This document shows positions 12,469 to 26,247 of a stretch of DNA of 64,000 nucleotides, piece after piece; positions within the stretch are counted from its first letter, which is position 1, and each line of letters opens with the position of its first letter. Origin of the DNA: the human T2T-CHM13v2.0 reference genome, Homo sapiens; assembly GCF_009914755.1 (NCBI RefSeq), contig NC_060933.1; one strand, 5' to 3'. Position numbers and translations under genes: made by a program. A model generated the notes under the pieces. The model was not told where the DNA came from. It ran no database searches and saw nothing but the letters and a program-made list of their open reading frames with translations.

Positions 12469-14949
12469 AGAGATAGATTTACTGAAAAGTCAATCAGGGA
12501 ATAGTAGCTGAAACTGCAAGGAGTTTTGCCCAATATGATAATAGATTAGTGTGAGAGGGCCTTGGAAACTTCTGAAAGGCACTGGAATAGTCTAGGGTAT
12601 AAGAAATTTTCAAACCAACCAGCCACAGCCCTTTTGATCCTACACAGAGGAGAAACTGCCACAAGTGGAATCACACTTCAGCAGGATATAAACAACACAG
12701 ACAAGGATAGAGAAGGCCCAACCAGGGTGGGATGGAGAACTCAGAAGGCAGGCTGCTATGTTTTTGACCATTTCACAAAAGCTAACAGAAGAGGGAGCTC
12801 TGTGAAGTTAGAAAAACCGCCCTGAACCACTTCCTGGTTCAGGAAAAATAAGCTCTTACAAGACCAAACAACAGAAAAGTATTAAGATGGAATCTCATAC
12901 AAAGTTATTAATAGAAAAAAGAGAAGGCTTTGGGAAGATGGCTGATTAGAAGCAGTTGTGGTCTGTGGCACTCTGCTCTTTGGCCAGGATGGTCTGACTG
13001 CCCTGAGCCTGTCATGCTGTGAGAAAGCCCAAACTAGCTTACAAGGAGAGACCATGAAAATTGGCAGTGTATTTCAAAATTTAAAATTTCAAGCAATGAG
13101 ATTGTTCCTTTAACTTGCAATACCGTTACTAGTTATTTACTATGGCTATCCCTGCAGAAATATGCATGTGTATGTGCATGTGTATTATAGATACATACAA
13201 AACATATATAAATGTTGATTATATTACTATCATAGTAACAAAGACAAATGTCCATCAGCAGGGAGCTTGTCAAGTAATACTATCACGTGGACAAGATGGA
13301 ATATTATTCAGCCATCAAAAAGGACAATCAGCTGATATAGACACATATCACAGATACATTTAGTGAAAAGAGCAATACACATAAGAAAGGATATGATATT
13401 ATCATTTGTTTTGTAAGTTACTAGAAAGGTATACATATGATGCTGTTATATGCATATGATTTTTTCCTTTGGGTAGAATTACTATCTATTAATAGTAGTT
13501 ACCCTGGGGAATAATGCTGATGGGGTGAGGATGCAGCAAGGAAGAAAAATCTTTATCTTTTCACTTCATACCTTTAGAACTATCTGCATATGAGTTTTTC
13601 CTTGTAATGAGAAGAGGTCTGGGAAATAGGGTTATTAGGCCACTAGGGAATTAGGTTGTTACATTTGTAATTTCGTGCACTTGGAGAAAATTTAATAAAT
13701 ATTACTAAATTTTAACATTTATTTTGTTTTATTTGCATTTAAAATGTTCTATTATGAGCATATATTATTTTTGTCATTAGGAAATTTGAAAGACACCAGT
13801 TAATATTGAAAAATAGAACATAAAATTGTACATACAACATGATTATGCAAAAATATGTACAGAAAATTAATAAAAGGAAGTAAACCACCATTTTAATAGT
13901 GGCTTGATTTGGCTTGTGAAACTAAAGAGTGATTTTTTTCCTCCTTTTATTCTTTGTATTTTCCAATTTTCCACCAGTAAACAAGTATTGTTTCATAATA
14001 GACTAATTTACATTATAAAATAAACGAGTCCCAACCTTTCTGGTTATTCTGCCTCTCTATGGGTTTCATTCTCTCTGGCCTTTTGGCCTTTGCAGGCCAG
14101 CTCTTAGCAAGACCTTGGCCATCTCATGCATTTTAAAAACAATGAGTTTCAGAATATTAAAAAAAACTCGGCTCTTCCACTCAAAAATGTCTGTTATGTC
14201 AGTATTTGAGTAATTCCTTGGGGTTTTGACGAGCATTCTCGGATTAGTCTGGAATCATCCATGGCTCATAGCACAAAAGCCAATGCAAGGAGCTTCAGAG
14301 GTTAGTCAACCTAGAGATGGCTGTCCCTCTCAGGAAAGAGGAGACAGTCTATAGAGTCTGGTCACTGGGGCCTGCTCCTATAGAATGACTTGCAGGCTTG
14401 TATATAGTTGACCTTTCCAGGTGCAACAGAAGGCCTCATCACTGCCCACATCAAATGGTCTCTTATCCTCCATCCGGAAATGGTCCTTAGAGAGTTCATA
14501 ATCTAATACAATAAAAACAACAGTAGTGGCGGTAGTACTAGTTATCATTTATTAAGCACTTGCTATTTGCCATTCTTTGAATAATCCTCATAGTAAACAT
14601 TTGAGATGGGTTATTATCATCCCCATCTTACAGAGGAGAGAAATGAGGCTTAGAGAGGCTGTGTAATGTGTGAAAGATACACACTGCTAATAACATGGGT
14701 AGATTGCACTTAAAACTGTGATCTTTCCTGTAGAATATCAAGCAGTCTATGGCTGACATCTTCAGATAGGTTCATGGTGTCAACCATGATGGTGATGATG
14801 GCTCTCAAAGAAAAAAGAAACTACATCTAGTGGAGAAGATGAAAAGGCATTCATTGCCCTTAATGCAGGCAGTGTGCCTAAAGAAGTGGTATGATCACTA
14901 CAGGTAGAGGTGGCTGTGGTGAGGTGATGTGGTTGAGGGCATTCAATCG

Positions 14950-15245
14950 GTACTGTCCAATAAAGTCACATAATGCAATTTAAAAAGCTCTAGTAGCCAT
15001 ATTGAAAGAGGAAAAGAAACAGGTGAAGTTAATTTTAATAATATGTTTTATTTAGCATAGTATATCCAAAATATTATAATTTCAACATATAACCAATCTA
15101 AAATTATTCATGAGATAATTAAATTTTGTGTACAGTCTTCAAAACATAATGCACATTTTTACACTCACAGTAGATGTCAATTTAGACTAGTACCATATAA
15201 AATGCTCACCAGCCACATGTGGTTCATGGCTAGCATGATAGACAA
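14950..15245. mobile_element. MER33-like hAT/Charlie DNA transposon
   Basis: ctgtccaata ... aaacaggtgaagttaattttaataatatgttttattta ... agccacatgtgg. Confidence 0.65.
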
Positions 15246-16689
15246 TAGATACCATGATATCCACAGCTCTAGATAGACAGAGACCAGCACAAACACAGCC
15301 AGGAGAATGAACAAATTTGCAGGAGCAAAGACAAGGAGCTTCAATTGTGGACAGGCTTCATTTTAGGAATCAAGGAGGCTGAGGGTGGAAAAGTCAGGTT
15401 GAGCTGTATTACGGAGTCTTGAATGCCAGAGTGTAGCATTTGGACTTAATTCAAGAGGTCTTTGACAGAGAAGAGACTGGAGTTTTTTCCCTGGGCAGAA
15501 CAATAGGCAGAAATGTTAGAGGTGATTGGAACAGGGAGAGGCGAGGAGAACTCCTGCCCAGAGGCTCTCATGGCTGTGGAGGGTGAAAATAAAGGCCATA
15601 GCTGTGGAAATGGAGCCAAAGGAATGGAAACAGAAAAATAAAAAGGGATTTTTTTTTTCTGGTTTCTTCTCTTTGTTCTCTAGCTACTTCCTGCTATTGT
15701 GTTCTTGAGGTGCTTCCTAATACTCCACTTCCAGTTGCCTTTATGGAGTTTCTCCTCTACCCCTTCTCCTGAGGATTAGTAGTAATCTTGGCAGAAGCTC
15801 ACCTATGAATGGGTTAAAATTTCTTCCTTTTAAATACATCATTTTAAGTTTTAGCTTCATTTCTCTTCTTTTATTAGAGTTGTATCAGAATAACCAGGAA
15901 AATTTATTTAACCTTCTGTCTACCAGGGAAACCTATTTCTTAGACCAGCCCAGTGTGTATCTGCATTGTAAGGGTTAGTGCCCGAACCCTTTCCTGTCAT
16001 CTTTCCCTTTGTTATTTGTCCCTTCTGTGGACGTTATTTTTGCACACATCCTTTCCTCCCCTCGTTAACTTTCCGTTGTATGAGAAAACTACTTCCAGTC
16101 CCTGCACCAGTTCCTTGTGGTTAATGAGGTTTGGAGAGACAGAGTGACATTTAGAAAGTAAAACTTGAATGACATTTCTAGTCATTTGAAATCACTTTAA
16201 TGTGGAAATGCTTTTCTATAAATTTCAGAGATAGGAGCCAATTTGTCCTCCTCTTTTGAATATAATTATCTATGCAGGACTACTATGTATCTAGAAATAA
16301 ACATTTTAGTTGTCTTCTCTTCCTCCTCCTTATATCTTCAATTATTTTTCAAGGAAGAGGGTCCCTATCAAAGAATGATAAATTATACAAGATGAAGAGT
16401 TATTGAGAGGTGCATAAGCAGTGGCAGAACATAAATGAAGCCAAAAGCAATCTTTCAGAAATATCTTGGGAAGCCAACAAACTCTTTCATAAGAGATTAA
16501 TACATAAAAGGGAGAATTCCCATTTCCTCTTTTAAGAAAAAGTTTATAAAACAATAATATACATAGAAAATTACGCATACATCTTAAGTATATAGCTCAA
16601 TGAATTGTTATAAAATAAAAACGTCTGCACTCTTTTGTAACCACAAACTAAACATTATCAACACAACAGAAATCGCCCTCTTGTTCCCT

Positions 16690-17048
16690 CTTAAGTCTCT
16701 TGGGGCTGCTCTAACAAAACACCATAGACTGAATGCCTTTTAAACAACAAGCATTTCTTTTTATAGTTCTGGAGGTTGGAAAAGCCAAGACTAAGGCCCT
16801 AGCAGATTCAGTGTCTGATGAGGGCTTGCTCTTTGCTTTGTGCCTTCTCATTGCATTCTCATATGGTAGAAGCGGGAAACAAGGTCCCTCAGGCTCAGGC
16901 TTCTTTTATAAGGCACCAATCCCATTTGTTAGGGCTCTTGTTCCATTACCTAATTATCCACTAAAGGACCCACTTCTTAAAATGATTGCATTGGGGATTA
17001 GGTTTTAACATGTGAAATTTGGGGGACACAAACCTTCAGACTATAGCA
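16690..17048. mobile_element. MaLR LTR (MLT1A/MST-like)
   Basis: gggctgctctaacaaaacaccatagactg ... gttctggaggttgg ... ggggacacaaaccttcagactatagca. Confidence 0.75.
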
Positions 17049-17099
17049 CCTCGCAATCATTATTCTCTCTCCTCTCTCTCGTCACTACTTTCTTCTCCC

Positions 17100-20000
17100 A
17101 AAGTCACTACCATGCAGTCTTTTAACACTCTAGATTCTGTCTGTTTTTGAGCTTTGTATAAATGGTTTCTTACCCTCAACAGAATGTCTGCGAAATTCGT
17201 CTATCTTGTGTGTATAGTTTATTAATTTACATTAATGTGTTTTACCCTATTTAGAAGTATACCACAATGTTTTATCCCTTCTACTACTAATAATTTTTTA
17301 AAATATTTGCCATGATAATTAATGCTCCTATGAAATTCCTTGTCTGTATTTTTTACTGCACAATAGTACATACTTCTTTTGGGTATATGCCTAGAATGAA
17401 GTAACTGGCTCATAGAATATGTATATGTTCAGATTTAGCAGATAATATTGTAATGACTTCCCAAATGTTTGTACCAATTTACATTCTTACTAACAGTGTT
17501 TGAGAAGTTCCAGTTGTATCAGACTCTTGCCAACTTTGATATTGTCAGTCTTTTTAATTTCAGTCATTCTATTGTTGTACAATAATACTTCATTATAGTT
17601 TAATTTGCATCTCTCTGATTATTAACAAGTTTCAGCATCTTTTCATATGTTTATTGACCATTTGGATATTTTCTTTGTGAAGAGCCTGTTTCAATCTCTT
17701 GTTGACTTATCAGATTTTAAAAATTATATGCAGATGATCTAATTGTTTACATTCAAAATACAAAAGAATTTATAGATAAACGATTAGAATTCAGCAAGGT
17801 CGCCACGCACAAGATCAATATTAACAATCAGTCATCTCTCTTTAGCAATAAAAAGGTGAAAAATTACATTTTAAAAATGACACCATAGACGATGTATGAA
17901 AATAATCTACTTGGAAATAAATCTAGGCAAAGAAGTGCAAGACTGTTACCCAGAAAACTTACAAATTGTAAATGAGAGGTTAGTGAAGATTTAAATGAAT
18001 GAAGATCTAAATAAACTTATAAATTGTGAGAGAAATTAATGAATGTCTAAGTTAATGCAGAAACGGAGAGACATACTATATTCATGAACTAAAAGACTTA
18101 ATATTGTGAAGGTATACTTTCTTTCCACATAAATTTGTAGTCAATATGTTCACCCCAAAAAAGCTGTTTGTTAACTTGCCAACCTCATTCTAAAATGTAT
18201 ATAGAAGCCCAAAAGACAATAACAAAAATATTCTTGTAGAACAAAATGGGAAAGAATGTTCCACTAAATATCAAGATTTAGAGCAAAGCATGAGATGTGT
18301 GGGGATAGACAGTGAGGCTGATAAAATAGAGTAGAGCTCAGAAACAGACCCATTGATATATGTAAGTGACCTATGAAAAAAATATGGCATTTTACAATGG
18401 GAAAATGATGATCTTTTTCTTTTTTAGAAAAACAGGGAAATATATTTATATGTAAAAAATAAAAGGGAACCCATATGTCATACCATACACACAAAAAAAT
18501 TCCAGTGAATTATAAGTCTAAATGGAGAAGGCAAAACTTTAAATCTTTTAGAAAATAATATAGAAGCATGCCATCATGACTTCAGTGTAGAGAAAAATTT
18601 CTTATGACTCAAAGTCCTAACCACAAAGAAAAGATTGTTAATTAGATTGCATGAATATTAAGACTTATTTTTAAAATTAAAAAACCATTAAGAAAAGTCA
18701 GGCCATAGAATGACAGAAAATATTTGCAACACCCCAGTAAAGAGAATTGTAATATGCAGATTATAAAAAGAAGTCTTACAAATCAGTAAAAAATAAAACT
18801 AGACAAAAATTTGAACAGATGAAAGAGAAACTCTAAATAATCATTACACATGAGAAACTCAATCTCAGAAATCAGAGAACTATCATTGCATATACACTAA
18901 ATTAGAGAAATATTAAAAGGCTAAGTAACATCTGTGGCAATATTGATGGTATATAACCTTGATATGATGTGATGAGAACAGTACTTTACCCCATGGGCTT
19001 CCTCCCCAAACCCTTACCCCAGTATAAATCATGACAAATATACTTTAAAAACCATTACCCTATATCTAACCAGTACTCCTCAAAACTGTCAAGGTCATCA
19101 AAAATAAGAAAAGTCTGAGGAACTGTCAAAACTAAGAGGAACCCAAGGAGACATGAGAATTATATGTAATGTGGCATTCTGAATGAGATCCCAGAACAGA
19201 AAAAGAACAGTAGCTAAAAAACTAATGAAATATAAATAAAGTTTGAACTTTAGTTTTTTTTAAAAAAGAGTAGCATTAACACGGCAAAGCCATTTTCATA
19301 TTTTTCTTGAACATTAAGTACAAGTCTATAATTAAAAATTTTTTAAATGTAGTCTGGAACATTGCCAGAAACAGAAGTACAGCAGCTATCTGTGCTGTCG
19401 CCTAACTATCCATAGCTGATTGGTCTAAAATGAGATACATCAACGCTCCTCCATGTTTTTTGTTTTCTTTTTAAATGAAAAACTTTATTTTTTAAGAGGA
19501 GTTTCAGGTTCATAGCAAAATTGAGAGGAAGGTACATTCAAGCTGAGGAAGTTTTCCTCTATTCCTAGTTTACTGAGAGATTGCATCATGAATGGGTGTT
19601 AAATTTTGTCAAATGCTTTTTCTGTGTCTATCAATATGACCATGTGATTTTCTTCTTTAACCTGTTGATGGGACAAATTACGTTAATTGATTTTCAAACG
19701 TTGAACCACCCTTACATATCTGGAATAAATTCTACTTGGTTGTGGTGTATATTTTTTGATACATTCTTGGATTCTTTTTGCTAATATTTTGTTGAAAATG
19801 TTTGTATCTTTGTTCATGAGAGATATTGGTCTGTTGTTTTCTTTTCTTGTAATGTCATTTTCTAGTTCCGGTATTAAGGTAATGCTGGCCTAGTTGAATG
19901 ATTTAGGAAGTATTCCCTCTGCTTCTGTCTTCTGAAAGAGATTGTAGAAAGTTGATACAATTTTTTTTTCTTTAAATATTTGATAGAATTCACTAGTGAA

Positions 20001-20825
20001 CCCATCTGGGCATTGTGCTTCCTGTTTTGAGAGGTTATTAATTACTGATTCAATTTATTTAATAGATATAGGCTATTCAGATTGTTTATTTCTTCTTTTT
20101 ACATTTTTCAGATTATGTCTTTCAAGGAATTGGTTCATTCTATTTACTTATCAAATTTGTAGTTATAGAATAGTTTATAGTATTCTTTTATTACGCTTTC
20201 AATGCCTATAAAATTTGCAGTGATGTTCCCGCTTTTATGTTTGATATTAGTAATCTGTGTCCTCTGTCTTTTTTCCTTAATTATCCTAGGTAGATGCTTA
20301 TCAATTTTATATATCTTTTCAAGAACCAGACTTTTTATGTTGATTTTCTTTATTGATTTACTGTCTTCAATTTTATTGATTTCTGCTCTAATTTTTATTT
20401 CTTTTTTTTTTTTTTTTTTTTTTTTACTTACCTTGGATTTAATTTGCTCTTATTTTTCTACTTTCCTAAAGCAGAAGCTTAGGTGATTAATTTTTATGAC
20501 TTTCTTTTTTTCTAATATAGCACTCAGTGCTATAAATTTCCCTATAGGCACTGCTTTCACTGGATTCCACATATTTTGTTAAGTTGTGTTATTTTCATTT
20601 AGTTTAATATATTTAAAAGTTTCTTTTGCCAACCAAGATTACTTTACCCAACAAAGTTGACCTTCAGAAATGAGGGAAAAATAACAACTTTCCAAGACAA
20701 ACAAAAGCTGAGGTAGGATGGCACTACTATACCTACTTACAAGAAATGCTAAAAGGAATTCTTCAAGCTGAGTAAAAGGATTCTAGTTAATAACATAAAA
20801 ACATGAACGAATAAAACTTACTGTA
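17100..20825. mobile_element. Patchwork of old L1M fragments in alternating orientation (includes the S/MAR)
   Basis: L1 ORF2/3' motifs on minus (17.1-17.7 kb, 19.5-20.6 kb) and plus (17.7-19.3 kb, 20.6-20.8 kb) strands. Confidence 0.65.
17787..19991. other. IFN-beta upstream scaffold/matrix attachment region (2.2-kb EcoRI S/MAR; the BglII-EcoRI 2-kb part is used in pEPI-type episomal vectors)
   Basis: GAATTC at 17787 (gaattcagcaaggtcgccacgcac) and at 19986 delimit 2205 bp; internal AGATCT at 18003 (agatctaaataaacttataaattg); AATATATTT unwinding core at 18439-18447. Sequence recognised from memory of the published SAR. Confidence 0.8.
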
Positions 20826-22512
20826 GGAATAGGAACAGCTCCGGTCTGCAGCTCCCAGCGAGACCAACACAGAAGGCGGGTGATTTCTGCATTTCCAACT
20901 GAGGTACGCGGTTCATCTCACTGGGACTGGTTAGACAGTGGGTGCAGCCCATGGAGGGTAAGCAGAAGGAGGGTGGGGTGTTGCCTCATCCGAGAAGCAC
21001 AAGGGGTTGGGGAACTCCCTCCCCTAGCCAAAGGAAGCTGTGAAGGACCATGCTGTGAGGGATGGTGCTATCTGGCCTAGATACTATGCTTTTCCCATGG
21101 TCTTTGCAACCCATAGACCAGGAGAGTCCCTTGGGTGCTAACATCACAAGGGCCTTGGGTTTCAAACACAAAACTGGGCAGCCATTTGGGCAGACACCGA
21201 GCTAGCTGCAGGAGTTTTTTTTCATACTCCAGTGGTGCTTGGAATGCCAGTGAGACAGAACCATTCACTCTCCTGTAAAGGGGGCTGAAGCCAGGGAGCC
21301 AAGTGGTCTAGCTCAGCGGATCCCACCCCCAGAGAGGCCAGCAAGCTAAGATCCACTAGCTTGAAATTCTCGCTGCCCCCACAGCAGTCTGAAGTCAAAC
21401 TGGGATACTCGAGCTTGGTGGGGGAGGGGCATCCACCATGACTGAAGCTTCAGTAGGCAGTTTTCCCCTCACGGTGTAAAAAAAGCTGCCTGGCAGAGCC
21501 CACTGAAGCGCCTCCAAGCTATTGTAGCCAGACTGTCTCTCTAGATTCCTCCTCTCTGGGCAAGGCATCTCTGAAAGAAAGGCAGCGGCCCCAGTCAAGG
21601 GCTTATAGATAGAACTCCCATCTCCCTGGGATAGAGCACCTGGGGCAAGGAGCGGCTGTGGGCACAGACAGCTTCAGCAGACTTAAATGTTCCTGCCTGC
21701 TGGCTCTGAAGAGAGCAGCAGATCTCCCAGCACAGTGCTTGAGCTCTGATAAGGGACAGACTGCCTCCTCAAGTGGGTCCCCGACACCCGTGCCTCATGA
21801 TTGGGAGACACATCCCAGCAGGGTTTGACAGACACCTCATACAGGAGCACTCCAGCTGGCATCTGGCAGATGCCCCTCTGGGCAAAGCTTCCAGAGGAAG
21901 GAGCAGGCAGCAATCTTTGTGTTCTGCAGCCTCCACTGGTGATACCCAGGCAAACAGGGTCTGGAGTGGACCCATAGCAAACTCCAGCAGACCTGCAGAA
22001 GAGGAGACTGACTGTTAGAAGGAAAACTAACAAACACAAAGCAATAGCATCAGCATCGACAAAAAGGATGACCACACAAAATCTCCATCTGAACGTCACC
22101 AAAAGCAAAGACCAAAGGTAAATAAATCCATGAAGATGAGGAAAAACCAGCGCAAAAAGGCTGAAAATTCCAAAAACCAGAATGCCTCTTCTCCTCCAAA
22201 GGATCACAACTCCTTACCAGCAAGGGAAAAAACTGGATGGAGAATGAGTTTGATGAATTGACAGAAGTAGGCTTCAGAAGGTGGGTAATAACAAACTCCT
22301 CCGAGCTAAAGGAGCATGTTCTAACCCAATGCAAGGAAGCTAAGAACCTTGATAAAAGAGGAATTGCTAACTAGAATAACTAGTTTAGAGAAGAATGTAA
22401 AGGACCTGATGGAGCTAAAAAACACAGCACAAGAACTTCGTGAAGCATACACAAGAGCTGAACTGATCAAGCAGAAGAGAGGATATCAGAGATTGAAGAT
22501 CAATTTAATGAG
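20826..22512 (+). mobile_element. L1PA (L1PA7-like) 5' UTR and start of ORF1, 3'-truncated
   Basis: aataggaacagctccggtctgcagctcccagcgag... primate L1 5' UTR; ORF1 start atgaggaaaaaccagcgcaaaaaggctgaaaattcc. Confidence 0.88.
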
Positions 22513-23288
22513 ATAGGTTTCAATATATAGATTTGGAGAAATTCAAGAGCTAATAGGCACCACACCAGAGGCATTAACAGAAGATGACTTGACAGAGATA
22601 AGTGCTTCTGAACCAGTGCCAGACAATGAGGAAGAAGATATAGGAGAAGAAGTGCCAGGAAACAAATTGGCATTAGACAATCTGGCAGAAGAGTTCTGAT
22701 TATTCAAGACTGCTTTTGGCTTCTTTTATGACATGGACCCCTCTACAACATGGGCACTGCAACTAAAGCAAATGATGGAAGAATGATTGCTACCATATAT
22801 ATAAAAATTTTTAGAGGAACAAAAAAGCAAAAAAGTTACACAGAAATTATGATTTATTTCCATAAAGTTACACTGTGCCTGCTTTTTCTGCCTCTCTTTC
22901 CACCTCCTCACCTCTTCACCTCTGCCACCCCTGAGACAACAAGACCAACCCTTCCTCTCCCTTCTCCTCCTCAGCCTATTCAACATGAAGACAAGCATGA
23001 AAATCTTTATGGTGATTCATTTCCACTTAATAAATAGTAAATATATTTTCTCTTCCTTATCATTTTCTTGTTAACATGTTCTTTTTTCTATCTTACCTTA
23101 TCATAAGAATACAGTATATAATACATATAACAAAAATATATGTCAATCAACTATATGCTATAGGTAAGGATTCTGGTCAAAGGTAGGCTACTAGTAGTTA
23201 AGTTTTGAGGAATCAAGAGTTATACACAGATTTTTAACTACACGGGTGTCAGTACTCCTAATCCCTATGTTGTTCAAGAGTCCACTAT
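22513..23288 (+). mobile_element. Tigger2-like DNA transposon, 3' part
   Basis: Decayed transposase C-terminus (gaaattcaagagctaata ... gaagatgacttg) and terminal atgttgttcaagagtccactata. Confidence 0.7.
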
Positions 23289-23379
23289 AACCCAAAATAG
23301 CAGTCTCCAAACAAGGTCTCTCTTGGCAAACTGAATGTTTGGCCATGGTACCCAAAGGCAGAATGAAGTTTAAAGTGGA

Positions 23380-23541
23380 AATATATATATATATATTTCA
23401 ATATATCTAATATATTGAAATATATATATTAATATAATATATTAAAGTCAATATAATACATATAATATATATTATATTATATATATATCAATATAATATA
23501 TATTATATTGATATATATATATCAATATAATATATATATAT
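23380..23541. repeat. AT-rich (TA)n low-complexity tract with overlapping perfect palindromes
   Basis: Seen directly; palindromes at 23478-23521 and 23496-23537. Confidence 0.9.
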
Positions 23542-23879
23542 GAAGTCAAGGGTGACTTTATTTTGCCAAAATTACATGCTTCCCTTTTACAATGCATCAC
23601 AGAATCTGAGAGAATTAGAGACTCCAATTCAAATTAATAGTTAGAACTTTTTGCTTGTATCTTAGCAGATGTAATAAGCCATAGCTATCAATAAAATAGT
23701 TTTCTTGTCTGTGGTAATGATTTAAATGAACTGTTTTGGCATGATGCAAAATTTGCATTGGTCTAATAATATCCACTTTATATTACAATGTATCCTGGTT
23801 TGGGAAATTTTTTTTAAAGAATAAAATGGATTTCTTGTAGACAACATATATTTGGTTCTTGCTTTTTGATCCACTCTGA

Positions 23880-24183
<304 letters not shown>

Positions 24184-25140
24184 CAAGCTTTGTCTTTTAA
24201 TGGTGCATTTAAACTATTGACATTGAACGTGATTAGTGATGTAATTAGATTAATATCTACCATACTGATAACTGTTTTCTACTTGTTGCTCTTTTTCTTC
24301 ATTCCCAATTTTGTTTTCCACTCTTTTTCTGCCTTTTGTGGTTTCAACTGAGCATTTTATAGAAGTCTATTTTCTCTCATTTCTTAGCATATCAGTTATA
24401 CTTGTTGCTATTTTTATTTTGAAGAAACTGTTATGTGTTAAGGATTTTTTAAAAAGTTTTTATTTTACCTTCACTTATTTCTTCTCTGAGAAATTTGCTT
24501 TATTTAGATCTAAGTTTCTGATCTATATCATTTTCCCTCTCTCTAAAAAAATTTCTTTTAAAATTTATTGCAAAGCAAGTCTACGGGTAACACATTCCCT
24601 CAATTTTTGTTTGTCTGAGAAAGTCTCTATTTCTCCTTCACTTTTGAAGGATAATTTGCAAGATACAGAATCCTAGGTTGGTGTTTTTTTTCTAAATTCT
24701 TGAGGTAAGGTATTTTTTTTCCTCTGGTTTATTTCAGGATATATTCTTTACCTTTGATTTTCTGTAGTTTGAAATGATATGCCTATGTGTAATTTTTCCA
24801 GCATTTATCCTAGTTGGTGTTCTCTGTGCTTCTTGCATCTGTAGTTTGATGTCCGACATTAATTTGAATAAATTCTCAGTCATTGTTGTTCAAATATTTC
24901 TTCTCTTTCTTTCCCTGTTTTCTTTTTCTGATATTTCCATTACATGTATGTTACACATTTTGTAGTTATCTTACAGTCTTTGCAATTCTGTTCTCTTTTT
25001 TTCCTAGATCTTATTCTCTTTTCTTTTCAGTTTTGAAAGTTTTCATTGATAAATCCTCATGCTCAGAAATTTTTTTCTTCAGCTTTGTCTGGTCTACCAA
25101 TAATAACATCAAAGGCATTTTTCATTTTTTGTTTGATTTC

Positions 25141-25882
25141 TGAGAACTTCTGTCTAAACTCAGCTTCCAGTACCATAGCAGCTAGCAGCCTTGCCCTAAT
25201 GGGAAATGAAAGGAAACTGGTCGTGGGTGTTCACAATTTGCCATTCACGAGGCAGTTCTTTTTCCTGGCAGATGGAATAATGGTTAGATATCCAACCCAT
25301 GACCAGCGGATCCCTCACATGGGAAACCTGTTTATACTGGCAGATGCCTGTGTGAATTTTTTCTCACCTGTGCACAGCTTATGCCTGCCTGACCATCTCC
25401 CTGGTCCTAAGAGCCTGAACTTGTCTTCTCCCCAGCCACCCAGAAAAAATCTGGCATGGGGCAACTCCTACTTCTTCAAATTTAGTACACCACCACAATA
25501 GGCAAGAAGTTCAAAGACTTTTCTTATAGCTACTAGGAAGGAAAGGTGTAATGAGGCAGGAATGAAGAGTTAGGCAAAGAACGAGAGAAATCACGAGGGC
25601 AACTGGCAGAATATATAAGGGAATAGGGTATGTGTCACTTTAAGTTCACAGGAAAATGCTTGAATGATTTACAGGAAATGGCCAGAAAGCAGGGAGCCCA
25701 GTCTGCTAGGTGGGAGAGATGCCACTAAGTTCTTCTCTCTGACCACTGACTTAGGCCATTTGGGTGTAGTGTAGAACTATAAACTGTGCCAAGGGTGACT
25801 GAGCCCTGCTTTGGTATGACAAAGTTAAACTTAGATTCAAAATGGATGCTGAGGCAACATAAAATTATAAGATTCCACTACA
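25141..25882 (-). mobile_element. ERV LTR plus short internal segment (LTR47-like, uncertain)
   Basis: Minus strand begins TGTAGTGGAATCTTATAATTTTATGTTGCCTCAGCATCC; GC-richer insert interrupting the L1M. Confidence 0.5.
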
Positions 25883-25907
25883 CTGTCAGACTGTTTTTGA
25901 TCTTTAG

Positions 25908-26247
<340 letters not shown>

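Noticed and set aside
21683-22207. 174-aa minus-strand ORF
   Set aside because: Antisense reading of the L1PA 5' UTR/ORF1 start.
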